From positions 136,096-200,095 of the forward strand of contig DYGS01000001.1 of assembly GCA_020724585.1 (NCBI GenBank): DNA of 64,000 nt. The letters are read 5' to 3'. Within the stretch, counting starts at the first letter, position 1; each line of letters starts with the position of its first letter. A model generated the notes under the pieces. That model worked only from the letters and a program-made list of their open reading frames with translations. It did not search any database and was not told where the DNA came from. The DNA comes from Candidatus Microgenomatus sp. GTDB taxonomy: Bacteria; Patescibacteriota; Microgenomatia; UBA8517. The translations under genes were made by a program, and so were the position numbers. Below are positions 46,722-56,742 of the stretch, piece by piece.

Positions 46722-47088
46722 AAGAAAAACTGCATCAGCAAGGGTTCGTCTTTTGAAAGGCAAAGGCGAAAGTGTTATTAATGGAAAAAATATTGAGCAT
46801 TATTTTGTAAACAAGGTTGATAGATTATTGATTAGTAAAGTGTTTGATCTAGTCGGTTTGACTGATAAATATTATTTTAGTGCAAAGGTTGCTGGCGGTG
46901 GCAAATCGGGTCAAATTGCTGCAATTGTACATGGAATTGCGAGGGCAATAGTCAAGATTGACAAGGAAAAATACAAAAGTTTGCTTAAAAAAGCAGGATA
47001 CTTAAAAAGAGACCCTAGAGAAAGACAGAGAAGGATGGTAGGTACAGGTGGTAAATCAAGAAGGAAGAAGCAATCCCCGAAGAGATAG
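46699..47088 (+). CDS. rpsI: 30S ribosomal protein S9
   Basis: GRRK.A.ARV, GGG.SGQ..A..HGIARA and RDPR motifs; ends in KR. Confidence 0.98.
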   Translation: MKTNSIGRRKTASARVRLLKGKGESVINGKNIEHYFVNKVDRLLISKVFDLVGLTDKYYFSAKVAGGGKSGQIAAIVHGIARAIVKIDKEKYKSLLKKAGYLKRDPRERQRRMVGTGGKSRRKKQSPKR

Positions 47089-47101
47089 AGGGCATAAAAA
47101 C

Positions 47102-48115
47102 ATGCCAAGATTAAAAAATTTTGTCAAAAAACATTGGAAGAAGATACTGGTTTTTTTAGTAGTTACTGCTTTTATATCCTGGATATTTTGGGGGAGAAAA
47201 AATAAAAATATCGAATCGACTCAAATAAGAAAGGGAAATTTACAGGAGGAAATGATTTTATCTGGGGAAATTGACGCCGTAAATCACGCAAAACTTTCAT
47301 TTGAAACTTCAGGAAAAATTGTTTTTGTCGGTGTTAAAGAGGGAGATAAAGTTAACAAAGGAAAACTTTTGAGTAAGTTAGATACGACAATTTTAAATTC
47401 AAGTTACCAGATTGCCCTTTCCAACCTAAGACTCTATGAAGCGACAGCACAGAATGTTTTGGACCAAGTTAAAAATAATGATAATGATGAGACATTTGCT
47501 CAAAAAGACCAAAGAACTACAGCTGAGGCAAATAAAGATAAAGCCCATGAAGCAGTAATTCAAGCAAAAAGAAATTTAGATGGGGCGTTTCTTTATGCAC
47601 CGTTTAGCGGCATAGTGACTTATCTTGCTCATCCTTTTCCAAATGTTTTTACAACAGCCGGGGCTGTTGAGGTTGAGGTAATTGATCCGTCTACAATGTA
47701 TTTCAAAGTTTTGGCGGATCAAATTGAAGTAACCAAGTTAAACTTGGGGCAAAGAGTTGAAATAGTTCTTGACCCGTTTGAGGAAAAAACATTTGAAGGA
47801 AAAGTTTCAAACATATCTTTTGTTCCAAGTATTGGCGAGGCGGGATCCACTTACTCTGTAAAAGTTGATTTTAAAAACATAACTTTAAGTGATAGTAAAT
47901 TTAAAATTGCAATGACAGGTGATGCTAAATTTATAATTTCTGAAAAAAATGATGTTTTATATCTTCCTTTAAATTATGTCAAACAAGATAAACAGGGTAA
48001 ATTTATAAAAATAAACAAAAAAGGACAAAGACAATATATTGAAACAGGAATAGAATCAGAAGATTATATTGAAATTAAAGGTGATCTAAAAGAAGGCCAG
48101 TTGGTTTTTGATTAA
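47102..48115 (+). CDS. Efflux membrane-fusion/adaptor protein (MacA/HlyD-like)
   Basis: N-terminal TM helix, VKEGDKV..G..L..LD lipoyl-like motif, L.APF.G.V; first gene of an ABC operon. Confidence 0.9.
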   Translation: MPRLKNFVKKHWKKILVFLVVTAFISWIFWGRKNKNIESTQIRKGNLQEEMILSGEIDAVNHAKLSFETSGKIVFVGVKEGDKVNKGKLLSKLDTTILNSSYQIALSNLRLYEATAQNVLDQVKNNDNDETFAQKDQRTTAEANKDKAHEAVIQAKRNLDGAFLYAPFSGIVTYLAHPFPNVFTTAGAVEVEVIDPSTMYFKVLADQIEVTKLNLGQRVEIVLDPFEEKTFEGKVSNISFVPSIGEAGSTYSVKVDFKNITLSDSKFKIAMTGDAKFIISEKNDVLYLPLNYVKQDKQGKFIKINKKGQRQYIETGIESEDYIEIKGDLKEGQLVFD

Positions 48116-48791
48116 TGTGGTTAAACTTTTAAATGTTTATAAAACTTATTATCTTGGAGAAGATCTGGTAAAAGCCTTAGATGGCGTTTCTTTGACTATT
48201 AAAAAGGGTGAGTATATAAGCATTTTGGGTTCATCGGGATCGGGCAAGTCTACTTTAATGCATATAATTGGGCTTTTAGATAAGCCCACTTCAGGGATAG
48301 TAGAAATAAAAGGTGATGATATTTCAAAATTAAATGATAATCAAATATCCAAAATCAGAAGCACCTTTGTAGGATTTGTTTTTCAGCAGTTTAATCTAAT
48401 AAACAAGCTAACAGTTTTGGAAAATGTTATGCTTCCCGCAATTTATAGCAAAGAAAAGCTTAAGTTTGATCCGCAGAAGAAAGCGAAAGATTTGCTTATC
48501 AAATTCGGTATGGAGGAAAGGCTTAATTTCTATCCAAATAAAATATCAGGTGGACAGCAACAAAGAGTTGCCATTGCAAGAGCTTTAATTATGGATCCAG
48601 ACCTGATTCTAGCTGATGAACCGACGGGGAATTTAGATAGCAGAACAGGTGATGAGATTTTGGATATATTGGAAGATTTAAATAAAAAAACGGGAGTAAC
48701 AGTAGTAATAGTTACCCACGAAAAAGATGTTGCCGACAGAACAAGAAGAAGAATATATATAAAAGACGGCAAGGTTGTAAACAAATACTAA
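48108..48791 (+). CDS. ABC transporter ATP-binding protein (MacB/LolD-like)
   Basis: GSSGSGKST, SGGQQQRVAIARAL and ADEPTGNLD motifs. Confidence 0.96.
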   Translation: MINVVKLLNVYKTYYLGEDLVKALDGVSLTIKKGEYISILGSSGSGKSTLMHIIGLLDKPTSGIVEIKGDDISKLNDNQISKIRSTFVGFVFQQFNLINKLTVLENVMLPAIYSKEKLKFDPQKKAKDLLIKFGMEERLNFYPNKISGGQQQRVAIARALIMDPDLILADEPTGNLDSRTGDEILDILEDLNKKTGVTVVIVTHEKDVADRTRRRIYIKDGKVVNKY

Positions 48792-48801
48792 ACAAAATAA
48801 T

Positions 48802-50007
48802 ATGAACCAATATAAAAATTTAGTTGCGTCATCGTTTGACGATTTTAAAAGAAACAAAGTCAGAACTTTTTTAACCTCTCTTGGAATTATGGTTGGTGTA
48901 ATGTCTGTTGTTTTGTTAATTGCATTAGGTCTTGGTTTAAAAAATTATATTGAGGAACAATTTGAAAGTTTGGGTGCAAACTTATTAATAATTTTTCCAG
49001 GCAATGTATTTTCAGAAGACAGTGGTACTGGAGGAAACTTTGGCGCAGGGTTTGCAGGTGGAGCAAATTTTGATGAAAAGGATGTTCGAACTTTGAAAAA
49101 AGTTAGTAATGTCAAATATGTCGTTCCACTTTTTTCCAAAAGTATGGCCATATCAAATGGAAAAGAAAAGAAAGCGGGGTATATCAATGGTTCTTCAGAT
49201 GAGGCGTTTGAAGTGATGAATATAGAAATCGAAGAGGGCAGAACCTTTAATAAAAGTGATTTGACGGGCAGGGCAAAAAAGGGTGTTATGGGTTATACAA
49301 TGGCTGAAAAATTGTTTGCAGATCCTTTAAGTGCTGTAGGAAAAACAGTCAAAGCGAGCGACATAAGATTTGAAATAATAGGCGTTGCTAAAAAGAAGGG
49401 AGACAGACAAATGGATGATGGAATATTTGTACCGTATACTTCAACTTTTGGAAGTTTAAATCCTAATAAAACTTTTTTTGCAATTTATCTGGGTACTGAT
49501 TCCGAGGATTCAATTCAATCGGTTAAAGTGGGTGCAAAAGAAGCTCTTTTGAAAAGATATGATGAAGATGACTTTTCAGTTACCGAACAATCGCAGATAT
49601 TGTCATCTGTGAATCAGATATTTGGGATTATTAATACTATTTTAATTGCAATCGGTTCAATATCGCTGTTTGTGGGAGGTATTGGAATTATGAATATAAT
49701 GTACTCAACTGTTACAGAAAGAACCAAAGAAATAGGAATCAGGCGAGCAATTGGGGCGACTGAAAGAGATATACTTTTGCAGTTTTTAATGGAATCAGTG
49801 ATATTATCGCTTTTGGGTGGAATAGTTGGGTTGATACTTTCGGGAATCATAGTTTTTATAGTCAGGTTTTTCTTTCCTGCAAGTCTTAATTTGACAGCAA
49901 TTTTAGTTGCAGTAATAGTCTCGTCAATTATTGGGATAGTTTTTGGGGTATTCCCTGCCCGCCGCGCCGCCAAACTCTCCCCAATCGAAGCTATTAGATA
50001 TGAGTAA
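48802..50007 (+). CDS. ABC transporter permease (MacB/FtsX family)
   Basis: VGGIGIMNIM...VTERTKEIGIRRAIGA and PARRAA.L.PIEA.RYE motifs. Confidence 0.96.
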   Translation: MNQYKNLVASSFDDFKRNKVRTFLTSLGIMVGVMSVVLLIALGLGLKNYIEEQFESLGANLLIIFPGNVFSEDSGTGGNFGAGFAGGANFDEKDVRTLKKVSNVKYVVPLFSKSMAISNGKEKKAGYINGSSDEAFEVMNIEIEEGRTFNKSDLTGRAKKGVMGYTMAEKLFADPLSAVGKTVKASDIRFEIIGVAKKKGDRQMDDGIFVPYTSTFGSLNPNKTFFAIYLGTDSEDSIQSVKVGAKEALLKRYDEDDFSVTEQSQILSSVNQIFGIINTILIAIGSISLFVGGIGIMNIMYSTVTERTKEIGIRRAIGATERDILLQFLMESVILSLLGGIVGLILSGIIVFIVRFFFPASLNLTAILVAVIVSSIIGIVFGVFPARRAAKLSPIEAIRYE

Positions 50008-50030
50008 ATTTGTTTGTTAAAATATTACTA

Positions 50031-50101
50031 CGGGGATTAGTTTAACGGTAGAATGGGCGCATGGGGTGCGTCCGGCCTGAGTTCAATTCTCAGATCCCCG
50101 A
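50031..50101 (+). tRNA. tRNA-Pro(GGG), CCA not encoded
   Basis: Acceptor CGGGGAT/ATCCCCG plus discriminator A; anticodon arm GGCGC-AT GGG GT-GCGTC; T arm CTGAG-TTCAATT-CTCAG. Confidence 0.95.
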
Positions 50102-50153
50102 CATTTCCCCTATTGCATTTGGGGAAAGTTCGTAATATCTTGTAAGAAGCAAT

Positions 50154-51242
50154 ATGGCGAAGAAAAAGCAAGACATTACTTCTGCCCCGATAAAACAGGA
50201 AGGTTCTGCACAAAAACTTCAAGCTATAAAAATTGCCATGGAGCAAATTGAAAAGCAATATGGCAAGGGGTCAATTATGAAACTTGGTGAAGGCACCAAA
50301 GATATTAAAATAGATGTTATCCCAACTGGGTCGATTGCTCTTGATTTGGCACTTGGTGTTGGCGGTTTGCCAAGAGGTAGGATAATTGAAATATATGGTC
50401 CTGAGGCTTCAGGTAAGACAACTTTGGCCTTGTCTGTCATTGCAGAAGCTCAAAAAATGGGAGGGCAGTGCGCCTTTGTTGATGCAGAACATGCACTTGA
50501 TCCTGTAAGAGCTGAAACAATTGGTGTTAACCTTGACGAACTTTTGCTGTCTCAACCAGATACAGGGGAGCAAGCTCTAGAAATTACGGAGACTTTAGTT
50601 AGAAGTGGAGCTTTAGATGTTATCGTTGTCGATTCTGTGGCGGCGCTTGTTCCAAGAGCTGAACTTGAGGGACAAATGGGTGACGCAGTTATGGGGCTTC
50701 AGGCGCGGTTAATGAGTCAGGCTTTAAGAAAATTAACCGGAGCAATAAGTAAAAGCAAAACAGTTTTGATATTTACAAATCAGCTTCGTCAGAAGATCGG
50801 TGTAATGTTTGGAAATCCTGAGACAACAACTGGAGGAATGGCTTTGAAATTCTATGCTTCTGTCAGGCTTGACATAAGACGAGTTGAATCCATTAAAGAC
50901 GGAGATAATGTTATTGGGACAAGATCAAGAGTCCGAGTTGTTAAAAATAAAGTAGCGCCTCCCTTAAAAGTTGCTGAATTTGATATCATGAACGATGAAG
51001 GTATTAGTAAATCAGGCAATTTCTTGGATGTCGCAGTTGATCTGGGGTTAATCATAAAATCAGGATCATTCTTTAACTATGAAGGTAAAGTTTTGGCTCA
51101 AGGGAGAGAAGGAGCAAAACTGTATATAAAAGAAAATGAAAAATTCGCAATAGAACTTGAGAAAAAAATCAGAGAATTGGCAACTTCAGGTACAAAACTC
51201 CCAAAGGAAATAGGTGAGGAAGAAAAAGATGAAGAAGAATAG
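50154..51242 (+). CDS. recA: Recombinase RecA
   Basis: [26 protein letters not shown] and ALKFYASVR motifs. Confidence 0.99.
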   Translation: MAKKKQDITSAPIKQEGSAQKLQAIKIAMEQIEKQYGKGSIMKLGEGTKDIKIDVIPTGSIALDLALGVGGLPRGRIIEIYGPEASGKTTLALSVIAEAQKMGGQCAFVDAEHALDPVRAETIGVNLDELLLSQPDTGEQALEITETLVRSGALDVIVVDSVAALVPRAELEGQMGDAVMGLQARLMSQALRKLTGAISKSKTVLIFTNQLRQKIGVMFGNPETTTGGMALKFYASVRLDIRRVESIKDGDNVIGTRSRVRVVKNKVAPPLKVAEFDIMNDEGISKSGNFLDVAVDLGLIIKSGSFFNYEGKVLAQGREGAKLYIKENEKFAIELEKKIRELATSGTKLPKEIGEEEKDEEE

Positions 51243-51701
51243 ATGGACGACAAAATTTTTAATAGAATCCTCAAATTTATAAATATAAGACCAAGATCTG
51301 AAAAAGAAGTAGTCGATTATTTAAAGCGAAAGCGTATCGATGTATTAAAACATCGATACATAATAGAAAGAATTAAAAATCTAAATCTTTTAGATGATTT
51401 TGAATTTACAAAGTTTTGGATCGAATCAAGAATTAGTCAAGGTAAATCCAAAAAATCTATTGTTTACGAGTTAAAAATTAAGGGTATAAGTAAAGAGATA
51501 TTAGAAGAAGTTTTTAATAAGATGGAGATAGATGAATTAAAAATTGCTAAAGAACTAGTAGCTAAAAAAAGGTATAAATGGCAAAAATACGATGAAAAAA
51601 CAAGGAAACAAAAAATTTCCCAATATTTGCTAAGTAAAGGATATGATTGGAATGTGATAAATGATGTGATAAAATATAAGACAGGAGATAGATATGAGTA
51701 A
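51243..51701 (+). CDS. recX: Regulatory protein RecX
   Basis: RPRSE.EV, LDD..F and EL..KGI motifs; directly after recA. Confidence 0.92.
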   Translation: MDDKIFNRILKFINIRPRSEKEVVDYLKRKRIDVLKHRYIIERIKNLNLLDDFEFTKFWIESRISQGKSKKSIVYELKIKGISKEILEEVFNKMEIDELKIAKELVAKKRYKWQKYDEKTRKQKISQYLLSKGYDWNVINDVIKYKTGDRYE

Positions 51702-51742
51702 AATTTTAAACAAATTTGCTTCAGAGAGACTCTCCGTTATTT

Positions 51743-52906
51743 ATGGCTACACAAAATGATTATATTAAAAAACTAGAAGCAGTTTCTAAAATGACAGCTG
51801 ATGAAGCTAAAAAGGTGCTTCTTGAAGAAGTTTCTAAAGAATTAACTGCCGAAATTGCCAAAAGAATAAGACAGGCTCAGGAAAAGATTAAACTTGAATC
51901 GCAGGAAAAGTTTAAGGAGATTTTAGCAGATAGTCTAAAACATGGAGTTACTTCATTTGTTGCAGAATATACTGTTTCATCAATTATTGTTCCTAATGAA
52001 GAAGTAAAAGGGAGAATAATAGGCGCCGAAGGGAGAAACATTAGAGCAATTGAAAAAGAAGGCGGAGTTGAGATTTTGATAGACGAAACAAACGAAATAA
52101 GAATTTCATCATTTGATTCAATAAGGAGAGAAATTGCCAAAAGGGCCTTAGAGATACTAATTAAAGATTCAAGAATTCAGCCTTCGAGAATTGAGGAAGT
52201 TTTTAAACAGGTGAGGGCTGACTTGGATGTTGTTTTACTGGAAGAGGGTAAAAGAATTGCCGAGGAATGCGGAGTTTATAATTTACCTGTTGAACTTATT
52301 AAACTCCTAGGCAAATTCAAGTTTAGAACATCATATGGTCAAAATTTAGGTCACCATACTATTGAAGAAACTAAAATTGGTGTTGCAATTGCAGAAGAGC
52401 TGGGTGCAAAAGTTGATGTTGTAAGACTTGGGTGTTTGCTCCACGACATTGGAAAAGTAGTCACCGATGAAGAAGGAAATCACATTGATGTAGGAGTCGC
52501 AACACTTAAAAAATATGGAATTCCCAAGGAAGTTGTAAATTGTGTTGCAGAACACCATGAAGACAAGCCATTTTCATCAATTGAAAGTTATATAGTTTGG
52601 ATAGCTGATGCGGCGTCAGGTTCAAGGCCTGGAGCCAGGTATGAACCGCACGAGGGTTATGTCAAAAGAATGGATAAAATTGAGGCTTTGGTCAAAAGTT
52701 TTGATGGTGTGGAGACCGCTTATGCATTTCAGGCAGGCCGCGATGTCCGTGTTTTTGTTAATCCTAATGAAGTTGATGATGATAAGCTAACTATTTTGAC
52801 TCATGAGATAGTTAAAAAACTTGAGAAAGAAGCGGAGTACGCGGGGCAAATAAAAGTAACTGCAGTTCGCGAAGTGCGTGCTGTTGACACAACCAAGGCT
52901 AAATAG
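51743..52906 (+). CDS. rny: Ribonuclease Y (KH + HD) without N-terminal TM anchor
   Basis: KGRIIG.EGRNIR, RTSYGQN...H, LLHDIGK, RPGAR and QAGRDVRV motifs; start is ATG 51743 or TTG 51716. Confidence 0.93.
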   Translation: MATQNDYIKKLEAVSKMTADEAKKVLLEEVSKELTAEIAKRIRQAQEKIKLESQEKFKEILADSLKHGVTSFVAEYTVSSIIVPNEEVKGRIIGAEGRNIRAIEKEGGVEILIDETNEIRISSFDSIRREIAKRALEILIKDSRIQPSRIEEVFKQVRADLDVVLLEEGKRIAEECGVYNLPVELIKLLGKFKFRTSYGQNLGHHTIEETKIGVAIAEELGAKVDVVRLGCLLHDIGKVVTDEEGNHIDVGVATLKKYGIPKEVVNCVAEHHEDKPFSSIESYIVWIADAASGSRPGARYEPHEGYVKRMDKIEALVKSFDGVETAYAFQAGRDVRVFVNPNEVDDDKLTILTHEIVKKLEKEAEYAGQIKVTAVREVRAVDTTKAK

Positions 52907-52923
52907 TATCATAAGGTGCATAT

Positions 52924-53199
52924 ATGACAAAAAGAGATATTGTCGATCAGGTAGCAAGAAAAGCTCATTTAACCAAAAAGGGAGCCGAGGAGGCAATAGA
53001 AGTGTTTTTGGCAGAAATAGGGAGAGTGCTTTCTAAGGGTGAAAAAGTTGTTCTTTCCGGATTTGGTACTTTCAGAGTTATTTCAATGAAGGGAAAGACT
53101 GTTAAAATTCCAAAGACCGACAAAATGGTAACGATTAAAACTCATAGGGCTCCAAAATTTACTCCAGGTAAAACTCTCAAAAGACAAGTTTCAAGATAA
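52924..53199 (+). CDS. hup: HU family DNA-binding protein
   Basis: MTK.DIV, GEKV.LSGFGTF and PKF.PGK.LK motifs. Confidence 0.95.
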   Translation: MTKRDIVDQVARKAHLTKKGAEEAIEVFLAEIGRVLSKGEKVVLSGFGTFRVISMKGKTVKIPKTDKMVTIKTHRAPKFTPGKTLKRQVSR

Positions 53200-53223
53200 A
53201 GGGTGGTATAATAACTTTTGCTA

Positions 53224-54216
53224 ATGGAGAAGGCAATAATAGTTGATCGTTTGATCAAAAATTTCCAAATATCTCAGAAAGAGTCTGGTTTTGTTGGCTT
53301 TATATCTTCTATTGCAAATCCAACAAAAAAAACTATACACGCTTTAAAAGGGGTATCTTTTACTGTTCAATCTGGCGAGCTGGTTGGTTTTATTGGTCCT
53401 AATGGTGCAGGGAAAACCACAACAATGAAAATTTTATCGGGACTTATCCACCCCACCTCAGGTTTTGTATCGGTTTTGGGTTTTGACCCTTGGGAAAAAA
53501 GCTATGATTATCTTAAAAAAATATCTCTAGTAATGGGTCAGAAAAATCAGCTTTGGTGGGATCTTCCTGTTATTGATAGTTTTGAGTTTAATAAAGAAAT
53601 TTATGAAATCCCCGATAAAGAATACCAAAAGAATTTATCTGATCTTGTAGAAATTTTAAATGTGGAAGATTTATTAAAAACTCAAGTTAGAAAGCTATCT
53701 TTAGGGCAACGAATGAAAATGGAGTTAATAGCCTCTCTAATCCACAAGCCTGAAGTAATGTTTTTGGATGAACCAACAATCGGTCTTGATTTAGTAGCGC
53801 AGCAGGCGTTACGGGATTTCATTTATGAATACAATCGTAAAAATGGAGCAACAATAATTTTAACTTCTCACAATATGAATGATTTAATTGATTTAACAAG
53901 AAGAGTAATAGTAATTGATGAAGGAATAATTATTTATGATGGACCGCTGGAGGATCTATCCAAAAAATTCGCCAAAGAAAAAATAATCAAATTAACTCTT
54001 GAGGATGAAGCCAAAAAGGAGATATTTGAAGGTTTTGGCGAAATTAAGAAATATTCGCCTCGCGAGGTTTCAATCTCTGTTCCAAGAGAAACCACTGCTT
54101 TTGTGGCGGCTGAAATATTGCAGAGCATTAAGTTAAGTGATTTAAGTATCGAAGAACCGCCGATTGAAGATGTAATAAGAAGAGTTTTTAAGGGTGAACT
54201 AGCTAAAGAAGGATGA
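53224..54216 (+). CDS. ABC transporter ATP-binding protein
   Basis: GPNGAGKTT, QLWWDLP, LSLGQRMK and DEPTIGLD motifs. Confidence 0.95.
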   Translation: MEKAIIVDRLIKNFQISQKESGFVGFISSIANPTKKTIHALKGVSFTVQSGELVGFIGPNGAGKTTTMKILSGLIHPTSGFVSVLGFDPWEKSYDYLKKISLVMGQKNQLWWDLPVIDSFEFNKEIYEIPDKEYQKNLSDLVEILNVEDLLKTQVRKLSLGQRMKMELIASLIHKPEVMFLDEPTIGLDLVAQQALRDFIYEYNRKNGATIILTSHNMNDLIDLTRRVIVIDEGIIIYDGPLEDLSKKFAKEKIIKLTLEDEAKKEIFEGFGEIKKYSPREVSISVPRETTAFVAAEILQSIKLSDLSIEEPPIEDVIRRVFKGELAKEG

Positions 54217-55013
54217 CTAAGTATTTATCGAGTTTTAAATTGGCGTTAAAACAAGAATTTGTGTATAAACTGAATTTCGTATTAGGAAGATTTAGAAATA
54301 TTATTCATATATTAGTTTTTTTCTTTTTGTGGAGTAGTGTTTTTGATACAACAGTTGGCAATCATTTTGGCTATACAAAGAGTGCGATGTTGACATATGC
54401 TTTTTTGTTGATTCTTTTCCGCTCCATTACTTTGTCTTCGAAGTCGGGTGATATTGCGGGAATTATTTCAAATGGAGATCTGTCCAATTATCTTTTAAAG
54501 CCCATCAGTTTTTTTAAATATTGGTTAATGCGTGATTTTGCATCTAAAGCCCTGCATGTTATATTTTCAATTTTTGAAATAATTATTCTTTTTATAGTCC
54601 TGCGTCCCGATATATATTTGCAGACAAATCCTGTAAATCTGCTAATTTTTGTTTATCTTTGCATAACAGCAATTTTTATATTTTTTAATTTATTGATTTT
54701 AACTAGTTTTGTTCCTTTTTGGCTTCCCGAGCTTGGCTGGGGAGCCCAGTTTTTGATAGTTGCAATAATAGTTGAATTTTTTTCTGGTGCTGTTTTTCCT
54801 TTGGATATTTTCCCAAAAATATTTTTTGAAATTTTAAAATTTACACCTTTTCCCTACCTTGTATATGTTCCGATCAAAGTATATTTAGGAGGATCGGAGA
54901 TAAATCTTATTCAAAGTGCTCTGATTTCAACACTTTGGGTATTTATTCTTTTTCGAGTAACTAAAATTGTTTGGCATAAAGGTTTATTGGTTTATGACTC
55001 ATCAGGAAGGTGA
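54213..55013 (+). CDS. ABC-2 family permease (DUF990-like)
   Basis: Multi-TM; I..GDLS.YLLKP and SG..FPLD.FP motifs. Confidence 0.88.
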   Translation: MTKYLSSFKLALKQEFVYKLNFVLGRFRNIIHILVFFFLWSSVFDTTVGNHFGYTKSAMLTYAFLLILFRSITLSSKSGDIAGIISNGDLSNYLLKPISFFKYWLMRDFASKALHVIFSIFEIIILFIVLRPDIYLQTNPVNLLIFVYLCITAIFIFFNLLILTSFVPFWLPELGWGAQFLIVAIIVEFFSGAVFPLDIFPKIFFEILKFTPFPYLVYVPIKVYLGGSEINLIQSALISTLWVFILFRVTKIVWHKGLLVYDSSGR

Positions 55014-55016
55014 TAT

Positions 55017-55811
55017 ATGAAAGAGATAAGATTTATTTATTATTTTAAAATTTGGCTTGTAATGGCAAAAAACTCTTTTTTGGGATGGATATTTAAAAGA
55101 GGGGCGATAGCAATATTTTTAACGGGCAAGCTAATCAGATATTTTTTTTATTTTTTGTTTCTTTATTTTTTAACAAATCAGACACAAGGTTTTTTGGGCT
55201 ATACAAAAGACCAGATATTATTTTTTGCAGTAAGTTATTTATTTGTTGATGTTGCCGGTCAATTCTTTTTCAGAAATGTCTACACATTCAGACAGCTTGT
55301 TATAAGCGGAGATTTGGATTTGATTTTATCGAAACCAACAAATTCACTCTTCAGAGTTTTAATGGGTGGACCGGATCTATTGGATTTGATAACTATTCCC
55401 CCAATTATTTTTTTGATTTTTTATTTTGGTACTCCCGTGTTTTCAAATTTTGCCAATGTCTTTTATTACTCAGCCCTTTTGTTAAACGGTCTTATAATTT
55501 CGGCGGCATTTCATATTTTTGTTTTGGCTTTTGGCGTTATTACTTTAGAGGTTGATAATTTGGTTATGATTTATAGAGATATCCTTTCAATGGGCAGATT
55601 CCCAATTGATATTTATAAAGAACCGATAAAAAGTTTGCTTTTAGTTTTTGTGCCAATTGGGATTATGACAACGGTTCCAGCTAAAGCTATGATTGGTTTA
55701 GTAAGTCCTGTGGGTGTATTGTCAGCTCTAATTTTTGGAGTATCTCTTTTTACTCTCTCAACTAAATTTTGGCAATTGGCCCTGAAGAAGTATACTAGTG
55801 CAAGCAGTTAA
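55017..55811 (+). CDS. ABC-2 family permease (DUF990-like)
   Basis: Multi-TM; GDLD.IL.KP and RFP.DIY motifs; ends YTSASS. Confidence 0.88.
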   Translation: MKEIRFIYYFKIWLVMAKNSFLGWIFKRGAIAIFLTGKLIRYFFYFLFLYFLTNQTQGFLGYTKDQILFFAVSYLFVDVAGQFFFRNVYTFRQLVISGDLDLILSKPTNSLFRVLMGGPDLLDLITIPPIIFLIFYFGTPVFSNFANVFYYSALLLNGLIISAAFHIFVLAFGVITLEVDNLVMIYRDILSMGRFPIDIYKEPIKSLLLVFVPIGIMTTVPAKAMIGLVSPVGVLSALIFGVSLFTLSTKFWQLALKKYTSASS

Positions 55812-56741
55812 ATGAAAAAACTTCTAATTATTTGTGGTGCGACGGGAGTGGGGAAAACAAAACTTGGAATATATTTGGCAAAGAAATTTAATGGGGAGAT
55901 TATCTCTTCTGACTCAAGACAGGTTTATAAATACATGGATATTGGGACCGGCAAGGAATGGGATGAAACAGGAGAGGTCAAAATACACGGGTATGATTTA
56001 GTCGAGCCAAGTTATGATTATAGTGTCTTTGAGTTTTTTAAATTTGCAAAAAAAACGATAGAAGATATTTGGTCAAGAAATAAATTGCCGATTGCAGTCG
56101 GCGGGACGGGATTTTATATAAAAAGTATAACGGGCGGAATTGAAACTTTAGATGTTCCTAAAAATGTACAGCTGCGAAAAGAGCTTGAAAATTATTCTAC
56201 TGACCAACTTTTTGAAAAACTTGCAGTTTTGGATGGAGGCAGGGCAGCTAAATTGAATTTCTCCGATAAAAAAAACAAAAGGCGTTTGATAAGGGCAATA
56301 GAAATAGCAATTTGGAATTTAGAGAATTCCAAAAACCGCAAGATAATTAAAAAAAAGAGCAAACTGCTAGCGAATGAGGTGGATTTTTTAAGAATTGGAT
56401 TGGCGGAAAATATAGATATTTTGAAAAACAGGTTGGAGACAAAAATTGAGGATAGAATAAATAAAGGATTTATTGAAGAAATTGAATCTTTACTCCGGAA
56501 AGGAATTTCTTGGAAAAATCAGTCCATGAGAGCAATTGGTTATAAAGAAGCTGAAGATTTCTTAAAAAAAGGTCTTACTTATGAAGAATTTTTGAGAAAC
56601 TGGTTAAGCAGTGAAATGAAATATATTAAAAGGCAGATAACATGGTTTAAGAAAGATAGACAAATAAAATGGTTTAATGTTGGAGATTTAAATTTACATC
56701 AAAGAATAGAAAAAATAGTCAGAAAATGGTACGATATGTGA
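55812..56741 (+). CDS. miaA: tRNA dimethylallyltransferase
   Basis: GATGVGKT, DSRQVY..MDIGT, VGGTGFY, AIGYKE and KRQ.TWF motifs. Confidence 0.97.
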   Translation: MKKLLIICGATGVGKTKLGIYLAKKFNGEIISSDSRQVYKYMDIGTGKEWDETGEVKIHGYDLVEPSYDYSVFEFFKFAKKTIEDIWSRNKLPIAVGGTGFYIKSITGGIETLDVPKNVQLRKELENYSTDQLFEKLAVLDGGRAAKLNFSDKKNKRRLIRAIEIAIWNLENSKNRKIIKKKSKLLANEVDFLRIGLAENIDILKNRLETKIEDRINKGFIEEIESLLRKGISWKNQSMRAIGYKEAEDFLKKGLTYEEFLRNWLSSEMKYIKRQITWFKKDRQIKWFNVGDLNLHQRIEKIVRKWYDM

Positions 56742-56742
56742 A

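Noticed and set aside
50102-50153. LexA/SOS box upstream of recA
   Set aside because: Only a half-site-like GTTCG is present; there is no GAAC-N4-GTTC or CTGT-N8-ACAG palindrome.
50037-50258. Minus-strand 73-aa ORF
   Set aside because: Antisense to tRNA-Pro and the recA start.
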